From: Phoronis australis
Lineage: Eukaryota > Animalia > Phoronida
DNA: 64,000 nt
Assembly (NCBI GenBank): GCA_002633005.1
Contig: NMRA01000420.1
Location: forward strand, 288,070-352,069
Direction of reading: 5' to 3'
Both the position numbers and the translations under genes were made by a program. Positions 27,001-39,000 of the stretch are shown here, piece after piece. Positions within the stretch are counted from its first letter, which is position 1. Every line of letters begins with the position of its first letter. The notes under the pieces are model-generated. The model did not search any database, was not told the DNA's origin, and saw only the letters and a program-made list of their open reading frames with translations.

Positions 27001-30000
27001 TCATACAAAATGACATTGATGATATACAGTGCAATACAAAAGTAATCATACAACATGACATTGACGATATACAGTGCAATACAAAAGTAATCTGACAAAT
27101 GACATTGATGATATACAGTGCAATACAAAAGTAATCAGACAAAATGACATTGATGATATACAGTGCAATACAATAGTAATCATACAAAATGACATTGATG
27201 ATATACATTGCAATACAATAGTAATCATACAAAATGACATTGATGATATACAGTGCAATACAAAAGTAATCATACAAAATGACATTGATGATATACAGTG
27301 CAATACAAAAGTAATCATACAAAATGACATTGATGATATACAGTGCAATACAATAGTAATCAGACAAAATGACATTGATGATATACATTGCAATACAAAA
27401 GTAATCAGACAAAATGACATTGGTGATATACATTGCAATACAAAAGTAATCAGACAAAATGACATTGATGATATACAGTGCAATACAAAAGTAATCAGAC
27501 AAAATGACATTGATGATATACAGTGCAATACAAAAGTAATCATACAAAATGACATTGATGATATACAGTGCAAGACAATAGTAAGCGTACAAAATGACAT
27601 TGATGATATACAGTGCAAGACAAAAGTAATCGGAAAAATGACATTGGTGATATACAGTGCAATACAAAAGTAATCAGACAAAATGACATTGATGATATAC
27701 AGTGCAATACAAAAGTAATCAGACAAAATGACATTGATGATATACAGTGCAAGACAAAAGTAATCGGACAAAATGACATTTTCCTGTCATGACGACTAAT
27801 GCTGTTAACAGCAAAAATTGCTGGTCATAACTATAAGGGTGGCAAAATTCTAATTACTGAATGGGTTGGCCACCTCACTAACTTTTCCCCTCCATTCTTG
27901 GTCGTGGTAGAAAACTACTCGCGACGTTGAATTCGGCTTCTGCCCAGCTGTCATGATGGTATTGCGGGTCATTTTGTCTGTCATACAGCTGTAGGCTTGT
28001 ACTGTATGTGAACAATGTAGTTGGGAGGGTACCTTCAAACTCGGTTTAGTTGGTTGTTCTAGGACTTGTGCAATTCTAAAATACCTTTGCAACATTTGGC
28101 ATCCTTCATAACGAGGGCTTTTTAATTCCTATTTTAGAAGGAATTGTTTTGTCATCCGAATCCAGGGAATGAGACCTCTGATAAACAACTTCTGCTGAGA
28201 TGGGATATTCAATCTTCAATAAATATGCCTGCGGGGTTATGTTCATAAAAAAATATTTTTGAGTTTTCTTAAGTTCCATAAAATGTCGAGAGTTTGTTCT
28301 GTGGGAAATAAGTTGCACAACCTTGTTTTTGCGTACAGTAAAACTCGCAAAATTCGGACTTGCTTAAGTCAGGTTTTTGCTTGTTACTGGTTGTGCTGTA
28401 GGTTTGTTCTAGTTTGCGCACTCAGCCTACAGATAAGTGGTGTTTCACCGTACTCAGATGAACTTTCTTCTTCTTGTGGGACTCGAGTTAATGCAAATTG
28501 TTAATTATTGACTCGTGTATGCGTTTGAGTGGAGAAACAACGTAACATAACAGAACCTGGACTTGTTAGGGATTTTTGCAAAATTTGGGGTTACAGTTGC
28601 ACGGTTGCATGAAACACAACTAAGTACCCTAAATCATGAGCGTAATCTTGTTGTTCTTTGCTCGCAGATGTGATCTTTTCCTGTCATGTTGTCAGATTAG
28701 CTCCTGTCTGACTAATGGCATTTTCTAAAAACTGAGTCCATAGCTCAATGAATATAAATTGGGACTTGAATTAATGTTGTTTCGTGAAAAGACAGCTGTT
28801 TATTTTCAATAATGTTGAGATTTCAACGTAGAGTTCACTCTCGATTTTGTGTCAAACCCAAAAATTGACTCAGTAACGGAACTCTTACAGATGAGTGTAA
28901 GAAAGAACGATATGTGTTTTGTTTAGTCCACAAATACATAGTAGATTTAGGGAACTCACGTAGGTTGAGTACCCATTTGGGACTGCTTCATGCCACTGCA
29001 CCCGTTAGTGGGTGTTCACCTGAACTGCCAGTAGTATTACAGATATGTCACATTTAGAGTGGCATGCAGTTCCATCTTGGAAAACTAGTTATGATCCATG
29101 TTTTGTGGTGGAGCTCTTTGTTTTGGATTTCAAAATGGCGAGCTAGCGTTCCTAATTAAACGCCATGAAACCGTGGACATACTGGAGTTTGTTGATTATT
29201 TCAACAGAAAGATTCACTTCTGCTAAGTTGATTTATTCCTGTTTGAAGTTTGCAATTTAAGCTTGACCTATTTAGTGCTGCGTAGGAATTTACTTACTAC
29301 CCCCGACATGCGGTTGTTATAGCGTAACTGTCCTTGTGTTTTAGTGGATGGCTTGTGGCCGTTTCTTCATCCTCATTCTCTCCTATGCCTTATTTAGAAG
29401 TCAAAAACCATGGTTTGTTGCCGTGAGTATAATTATGTTATACCTATTTTAAAATCTTAGAAATTTCGGACAGAACTAATTGGTATTATGATAGTTGTCT
29501 TTTTTCATTTTTCAAGATCTTTCATTACTGCCCAGCACATTTCAAAAATGTGTGTCATCATGGTAGATTTACATAATGTGATCATGGTACTGTGCAGCTT
29601 TATTTGGTGCTATCAGATATGAAAAAAACCAAAATGAAAGTTCAGGCGCTTGTACTATAGTGTGTCCTACATTCGTGAGAGTTGACCCTAATTTAGTCTA
29701 TGCAGTCATTAGATGTTGCTGTAACACACCATTCTATGTTTCTATGTCTTTGGTCGTTCCATCAGTTTATCAAGTTTGAAATTTAAGAAATTTGTACTAA
29801 CTTCTTCAGACTCAAATTCACATTTTTTTCATAAATATTTGTTACTATTAATGGTCCTAGATCCACACAGCCCAACATTGATTTGTCCTGTGCTTGTAGT
29901 ACTGAAGCCTGTACATAGGGCCCTCGATGCCTCAATATTGGCTGGAATATTGTCTCCATTCCTCGCTGAAAAATGTTTTAAAATCTCACAAAATGACACT

Positions 30001-33000
30001 CATCAGGCCTAAAATTCCATCTCATTGATTGCAAAATCCCCTCGGGCTTTTAATCACTTTGATCTCACACAGTCCCTCGAATTTCCGGCTCCTGTACGAG
30101 GGATTTTTGATTCACTCGATAAAATTCTGCTCTCACAGGCACCTTTCCCCTCTGGTGAGAGAGAGCCATGATACATATAGGTGACTGCATATGTGTTAAC
30201 TTGGTTCTTCATTCATTGTAACAGTAACTGAATGACTTGCCTCATCTTTTACAGGTCTCCACACTCTTAACATGTACTTATGTTATTGTAAAGCTCTTCC
30301 TATATTCAGTGAGTTCTTCATATTTATCTATTACTACTTAGTTTTTGTTTGAGACTACATAGATCAAAACCACCTTGTTAGAGTGGCTAAAAATGACATT
30401 AGAGCCACCGGGCATGTACCACCCGGTATGTACCACTGGGCATGATCCACCTGGCACGTTCCACCCAGTACTTACACCCGACATGTACCACCCGGTATGT
30501 TCCACCCGCCACGTTCCACCCGCCACGTACCACCCGCCACGTTCCACCCGGCACGTACCACCCGGCACGTTCCACCCGGCACGTTCCACCCGGCATGCAA
30601 ATACTAAGAGTGGGATGATCCACATGTTTAGGAGGAAAGGTCGATTTGTTAATAACAGTTGCCAAAAACTGGGATAACTAACTAGTGATTACTTAAGGAA
30701 CTTTCAGCCTTCATAATTTCCATTCTTTTGAAGTTAGTCTTATATTACGGTTGAATCTTTAGTGCGTGAAAATTTGGGATACCCTCCTCCCCAAGTTCCA
30801 GAGAATTGGGATACCCTCCTCCCAAGTTCCAGAGAATTGGGATACCCTCCTCCCCTAGTTCCAGAGAATTGGGATACCCTCCTCCCAAGTTCCAGAGAAT
30901 TGGGATACCCTCCTCCCAAGTTCCAGAGAATTGGGATACCCTCCTCCCAAGTTCCAGAGAATTGGGATACCCTCCTCCCCAAGTTCTACAAGAATCATCA
31001 TCATAAAACTCCACCCCTTTACAGACTGAGGTAGCACGATAAAAAGGAACTCATTTCCTTTGTTTTCAACTTCCACGAAAGTTACCCTTGGGTAGAAAAC
31101 TTTACCCACAACGTATTTCTTAAGATGTCACCTATTTGTTCAATTAAAACGAAAAAATGTCCTCTTTATCTTCATCAAAAATTAATTATTATATGATATT
31201 CAAAAATTGATCTTTTGCAGACATCCTGTCATGTATGCCTGCTGTACAGTGAATCTGGCGGTAAACAGCCTGTGAATCTAAGCGGCATGTCTGATATACA
31301 CTCATGTAGCATAGAAACATCCATGCATTTCTCAGTATTTTGCCGATGTGGAGTCTGTAACTGTTGAGCCCATGGGTCTTCCTCCCATTCTCGTGAAGTA
31401 CTTTGCTGAGACTGTGTTTCTGTTGTCCTCTCAGTATTTCGATGCCGTCAAAGGACTTCAGAACATTGCGAAAATTCCGATTAGGAATCGCTTTGCGCAA
31501 TGAAAAATGCAAGTAATATGGTACAATGGAAAATGCAATTGAAATTTTGTACGTCTTATGTTGCAGCCACTGTTGGATTCACGGAAGTAAACCACTCTTT
31601 TTCAACTATAAGAAGACGAAATCTGTTAAATAATATTATGAAAGTCTTGTTATTCAAATGAACAAGTTAACTCTTAAAATTAGAAACAGGTATCCCTCTT
31701 ACTGATTTCAACGATTCAACCTCTGACGATTCGACGCCTCAAATTTTTTGGTGTAAGAGCTCTCAGTCTGCATGCTGAGGCCATTGCACACCATTGCTAC
31801 TCATCGTTTCCAATAGACTGTGCTGACTAATATCTGGATATGGGCAATCGTATTCATTTGGTTGTAACACCGTTTCAGTATATTGGTCTGCTTAAGTCTT
31901 CCATTCAGGATGATTAAGTTTGAATAAATATTAACATCAAATTCTGTCTATAAATCAAGACACATTGGTGTGAAAGTTCAACTTTAGCTTGGGGCTCAAG
32001 ATACTCAGGAACATCACTATGTAGCTTGTGAGCAAAAGATTATTCCAGGTTTCAATGCATCTTGATAAGCCTTGTCTTCGTCTTCCTTTAGTGGACAGAT
32101 CCATCACCAACAACACCGCCCTCTTTAGTCAAGTGGGTAACTGCCACAGAGACCCCTGCCATCAACTCCACAGTCAAGTACTTGTTGATGATCCTGCTGG
32201 TTATATCCTCCCTAGTCCTGGCCTGGGTCGAGGTCTGGCTTCTGGATTTCAAAGTACTGCCTCTGGAGCAACGAGCTAGGGAAGGATGTATGTGTCTCTG
32301 TCGTGTTTACAGTAAAGATTTTTCAGTTTGAGTGCCAATATGAGGGACAGGTGGAGTTGTGTATTTGTTTGCCTTCTTGATGTAATCAAGTTTTGTAAAT
32401 AGCTGTTAGCACGCTTTGTGTGGTACTGCTGTCACTAAACAGCATTTGGTAAAATGCTGCTGATTCTCAGCAATGTACGGTAAAATTTTCGTCAATTTTG
32501 GAGAAAAAAGATTGCCAAAATTGGTCTGTTATCATTCTCCAAGGTCTTCATACATTGTTGTGATTTCCCAGAAATTGTCAAACTTTTGTGAGATGGGTAA
32601 GATATCACGCAAAACTAATTTTGTACTATAGTACATGAACAATGAGATTATATGATTTCAGCTGTCGGCCATATTGGTGCCAAATTAAAACCTTTTTACA
32701 CTAAGTCCAACTGTCTTCCACCATCAACAAAGCGCCACCTATTGACAGATGTGCAAGTTCAATGTGTACTATCACCCTCATCTTAAATATCACAATAAAT
32801 AAATGAATAAAAGTACCAAACAGTTGAAGGTGCATGACAAATGACTGATTTGCTGAAATCTTAACCACGAATCTTCAATTTGTTGCAGTCGCATACGGTA
32901 GCTTTAAAAAAGTTCACAAAATTTGTTCTCATTGATAATTGGTGAAATCTTGTAGCAGAAATTCTGGCTTTTTTTCAAATGATTCAGTTTTATTTTTCGT

Positions 33001-36000
33001 TCTTTTTCCTCCTGAGCGTTTGCCTTAACTTTGACAAAGCCACATGAATTGTAATGAGATTTGTCAACTCCTCATTAAAAATTACTGTACCATTAGTTTT
33101 GAAAGTCAATAGCTATCAACTTGGAACTGGAATCAGAGCAAGTTTGTTGTCAGGTGGATGACATGGCAACAAAATAATAGTTAACTCTACTTTACACACA
33201 ATATTTTGTACTTTTTTAAAACCTCTTCTTATTAAAACTCCATTAGTCTGGAGTACAATACACAGTCAGGTCATTTGTGAACTAGACAGTATAGGTCATT
33301 TATGAACTAACAGACTAACTTAGATTGGCAACAGTTGAACATCATCTTCCATCAGGTTGATTCAAAACTCTTGACTGTCTTTCCTTGGTAAGATTATACT
33401 TTGTTGGCTACTTCCTGTCCACCAGATGTGACCAGTCTGGTCTTTCAGAAAGTAACATAGGCTGATCAGGTGGAAAAAGTGACTCTTACCGCCACCTGGC
33501 TGTATGAAGTGGTACTTCTTCCTCGTAGTGGTTGGTTTAGGGGAACATGTTTGATTTCGTGAAAAGGGTATGTGATTAGATGTGATGTATTTTAAACGAA
33601 AGTGATTGCCTCGTCGTCCAATACAGGTACACAGTCATGATAGTCATGTGACAGCCAATGTTCCTTGTCTTTTGCAGTTACTGTTAATCGTCCCAGCGAA
33701 CGAACACCACTACTTAGGGACAACCGTTCCAATGTATATCAGTCAGATAACTTTTACTCACCATACGAGTCGCCCACAGGTATGTTGTGGACGCAATTGA
33801 ATGAGTGGATTTAAGTATACTAGGTGGCGCTAGTGTGGCAACAATTTTAGCCATAGAAATGCATGTACTCTCGGCTGGTAATCATGTGGGTCTGTGAGCC
33901 CACTGACACACCCATGGTGATGATAGTGCTGTTAATCTAGTGAGGTGTTGAATAGAGCAGCCTTCATGCACTAGCACCCCCTGGTGAGTACTAAGTTTCA
34001 TTAAAACGGTTCTTAAGTCTTATTGTTGAAATACATAGTATTCCGTGCTCCACCCTGTAACCAGTGGTTGAATATTGTTCCACCCTGTAGCCAGTGATTG
34101 AACATGCATGGCCAGTGGTCAATGACTGTGTAATTGCACTGTGATATGTTGAGTTGTTATGTGTTGTGTTTGCAGGCTCTGATGATGAAAGTGAGACATT
34201 CAAGTCAGCCCGGGCATCACGGGGTCACAGTCGCAATATATCTCGCTCAGGAATATATACCCCTGAGGTAAGAATGCCTTGTGTTATAGAATACAGACAC
34301 AGGAGACTGTAGTAAGCATATAATTATGCGTTCTTGCCGCGTGTCACCGCAGTTCAGACTTGTGAGCTTGAATTCAATGATCAATGCTTCTGTCAACTTA
34401 AAACTCACAACTCAATCAACATGTCCAACACAACACAATTAGTGTGCTCAACAATCTCGTCTCTGGTAATGAGGTCTCTTCAAGGTTATTGTTTTTCACA
34501 CCTTTCTTTATGTTTTCACGTCAGTTTTAGATTTCTCTCCTCTGATGTTCCGATCAAAGATAAGGGGTCTGTGTCATGAAACAGGACTGAATACTTGAGT
34601 GAGAAATTTGGTCTTACGCTCCACACATTGTCAACTATTTCAGAAAAATAGTTGAATATCACTTATCAGAGCAAAACTGCAGTATGTAAGAATTTACACA
34701 TTCAATTGCTAGGTACTGAGATAATTCCTATAAATTCTTTCTTAATAGTTATTTGGCAAAACCTTTTTTTCGCCATTTGTGAAGTGAGAAGGTAAGACCA
34801 AGTTTCTGACCTTTAGTGTTATGCCACATTCATAAAAAAGTCCCCTAGATTTAATTTAAATTATATGCTTTTGATCTCTTCGTTTTTGCAGTGAATAACG
34901 GGTAGTTGTTACTTCGTGTTCCCATACAAGAGCATGTATCTTCAGTTGCCAAGTGTATGAAAGGACACTGAGAACACTAAAATCTGCACAAGCTAGACTA
35001 GCATTGAGTACCGCTTGTTTATAAATTTGTTTCCAATGTACACATTGCATTACGTATACTTGTATTATTTCTACTTTGTATGTTTAGTTTTCACTAGGGT
35101 TCTCCAAATTTTTAGGTAGTTCTACTGAACTCCAAACTTTTGAGTTGTTGGACAAATGTATGAAAACCTCTAGAAGTTGCTAATTCAATAAAGTTAGCAG
35201 CAAGCTAATGGTTTATAGTCCTGCTGCAGTAGCTCTGGGCCATTCTAAAGAGACAGCATCAGTGACTGTTATATCAGGCAGCCTGTTCTACTCTTGCTCT
35301 ACCCCGGTGTGCATTTCAGGAACTAAGCTATATCAAAGCAAGCAGTGATTGTCTTGAACGTGCCTGGTCATTACATAAAGACGAGGACGGTTGGAAGGCG
35401 GAGTCTGGTGATGACGTGTGTTTAGGAATAGTCAGCTCAAGGAAAGTGGACAAGATGGGCAAAGTCTTCCGACTGGTGGTAAGTACCGTGCACTGCATGA
35501 ATCCAAGGGCCTCCAGGACTGAGAAATTTGAGACACTCTATTGAAATGTAGGGACTGGCATCTATGAGAAAAGAAATGCATGATTTCAGTTGAACATTTA
35601 GAAGTAGACGGGAGAGGAGGGAGGGAGGGGGGAAAGAGGGAGGGGGGAAAGAGGGAGGGAGGTCAGCACATCACAGTGCACGTTTGTGTGAATGCGTGTG
35701 GGTGTTGGTGTATAAAAAGGTGTGTTTGTGGGTGTTGGTTTGGATCTGGTACCCGACTTGGTTGTGCTGGTGGATTTGAAGCTTGGCTGTATGTTATTAA
35801 CAAATATATTATGTTTTAAAAATGTATTTCGGAGAATACTGGTTTCGAGCACTTAAAACCACCGTTTCCATCATTTTGACAAATAACTGCAATATCAGCA
35901 TCGTTAAACCTTCCTTTGTAGCACTGCGTGTCACAAGCGTGAATCACAAAAATGAGAAACTAGAAGGAAAAAAGTTCAATTGAAAGATTCTTAGCTCAAC

Positions 36001-39000
36001 ATACGTTAGTGTGACATATGAACGTAACCCAGCACCAATGTGTCATATCCACGGAAGCAAGAGTTTCTTGTACAAACTTATGGCATTACTCTTGCTTCCC
36101 TGATGTCCCGCAGAAAGTAAAGAGAGCCACCGTGTGGTCAAATATACTAAATTGTCACAACCACCACAAATGCAACGCCTCGCCATTCCTTGTATTTTAA
36201 GCATTTTAGCCTACATTGAGTGGTGATTTGATAGATTTGTCTCTTAAAGCATTCTTGCGTCATCCCTCTACTCTCTTCAAGGCAGTAAACTGTCAAATGT
36301 AACAAACCTTTAGGTTTTACTGTCCAACTGTAAAAGTACATGGTGTATTACTGTAGGAGGTCAGACAGCTGAGGTGAATGCATGCAGACAGTAAAGTGTT
36401 CAATTTAGTGACTTGTAAGTAGTTTCCAAATAATTGCCAATTGCAAGTTTTCAACAGTCGATGGACCACTGACTATGATTCTTCTGCTGATTGAATTTCA
36501 TGAATAGTCACTTTTTGCTTTTAGGGCTTCTTAGATATACCTCCAAAAGATGTCTTTGAAGAAATAGCATACAACTTTGAAAATCAACTGTCTTGGAACA
36601 GCACAGTATTAGCTGCAGAGGTGAGCTCAACAAAGGGGATGTTAATGAATCAGGTGCTGCCTCTTCTGGTCGAGNTAAATTGTGATTGTAAAGTGTTCAA
36701 TTTAGTGACGTGTAAATGGTGATTGTAAAGTGTTCAATTTAGTGACGTGTAAGTGGTGATTGTAAAGTGTTCAATTTAGTGAGGTGTAAGTGGTGATTGT
36801 CTCTGTGCAAAGCTCATGCTTGGGAATTAATATGTAAAGCGGCATGTCCTAGATTTCCGATTAACACAAGAAAATTGCCAAAAATCATAGGTCACTTATT
36901 GAAATAATCATTGGGGATGGGTCTACCAAACCCTTTTAGCCTGTTAGGGTCCTGTATAAGGTTCTGCTACAAATACAAATGCACTTGCTATGGTCAGGCC
37001 AGTATGTACCATATAGCCCATTAGGGTCCTGTATAAGGTTCTGCTACAAATACAATGCACTTGCTATGATCAGGCCTGCACATACCATTATAGCCTTTTA
37101 GGGTCCTGTATAAGGTTATGCTACAAATACAATGCACTTGCTATGATCAGGCCAGTACGTACGATACAGTTTTTTATAGCCAACACTGCCATCGATAAAA
37201 ATTCTTTTCAAATTTTGAATTAAATATTAATTACATTCGGTAAGTGTCGCATATACCGCCAGAGATTTGTCAAATGCTTGCCAAGGCCAAAAGTGAGATT
37301 TAGTTTCCAAATAATTGCCAATTGCAAGTTTTCAACAGTCGATGAACCACTGACTATGGTTCTTCTGTTAGAAAAAGGCTGAAACATCGTATGGTTCAGC
37401 GAATTTGTGAGTCACTGAAACAGCATATAATATCAACTTATTGTAACAGTTTCTAATTATCCCAGTTCAGTTTTACGACTTGTTTATATTTGTCTGTGAG
37501 TATGACTGAATAAATTTTTCAAAAAAGAAAAAATCTTTTCATGTGCATTTGTGCACTGGTTCACTATCTCGGGGAATATCATACGTGTTACCTTGTATCA
37601 TGTCCCCTTGGTGCTGATTACTTTTCATGGTCGAGGTCAAAATCAACAAATAGGATTTCAGATATGACCAGAAATGCTGACCAATGAGTTCACCAGTTTG
37701 GTGGTACTGATTGAATTTCATAAATAATCACTTTTTGCTTTCAGGGTTTCATAGATATACCTCCAAAAGATGTCTTTGAAGAAATAGCATACAACTTTGA
37801 AAATCAACTGTCTTGGAACAGCACAGTATTAGCTGCAGAGGTGAGCTCAACAAAGGGGATGTTAATGAATCAGGTGTCGAGTCATTCATCCATACGTGTT
37901 CAGTTTTCAAGCAAACAGTAAATTAGGCACCAAGTATATGATTTGGCAATAGTCTGATATAACGTGCCCGTATTCTGAGAACCAGTTTGATGCCTGTTAT
38001 TTATTGGAGAAAACTGGTTCTCAAAATTCGGGCACGCTATATCAGACCATTACCTATGACTTGATAATGTTATGATACATGTATGTTGAAGCAGGGAAGG
38101 TGACTCTGTGTTGGTCGCAGAAACTAGAGATTCGTTTTCTCTATGATTTATTTATAATTTTTAACACAAGTGTTCCCTTCTGTTTACATGTACCTATCCG
38201 TAGTATGGGAATGTGCTGAACATAAGCCTTGAAGATTGTAACATAATTGTAGATCATACAACGCATAGATCAGTCTACAGATGTAACATACAACATTGCC
38301 GCAGAGGCTATGGGTGGCATGGTGTCGACTCGAGACTTTGTAAATGTGCGTCACTGGGCGGAGAGGGACGGGGCATACATCCTGGCTGGTGTGGCAGCTG
38401 AACACCCGTCTAAACCTGAGTTCAAAGAACATATCAGAGGCGAGAACAAGACTGGGGCTTGGATTGCCAAACCATTCAACGGTAACCTAATGCAGACAGA
38501 GTTCACCTGGCTAATGAACGTCAACTTAAAGGTAAGTAATTTGTGCGTGAAGTTTAAATTCGTAACAAAATAGAGAGCATGAGGATGACAGACAAAGAAT
38601 TGAGACATTTGACCATTACCTACGGAAGAATGACCTGTGTAACCTAACAACCAATTGGGAACCATGGATAAAATAAATGGTTCCATGTGAACACTGCTTA
38701 TGCCATGACGGTGTTCTCTTGTTCAGTCGTAGAGGGTTGTGAGCGTGTGATAACATCTAGCTCCATTGTTAACTGCCAAGTACAGTCTTTTGTCTGGTAT
38801 GACAACAGGCAGGCCAATTATCAGACCACGTGTGAACACAGTCAAACCCAGAGCGAGTTGGTACGTTCGGGAATTAGAATAGATTGTCGTAACTTTTGTT
38901 GTAGTTGGGCGATTTTGGCGATTCAAAAACTAAACATGATCAGCATTTGACGAGGAATTCAGAAATGCTGTTGGTTTATGTTCAAATATGTTATAACTTA

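Noticed and set aside
26891-27779. Long ORFs of 199-258 aa on both strands
   Set aside because: They are translations of the 45-bp intronic minisatellite, whose unit is a multiple of 3.
30338-31109. Overlapping Pro/Gly-rich ORFs
   Set aside because: Artefacts of the 14-bp and 31-bp tandem repeats.
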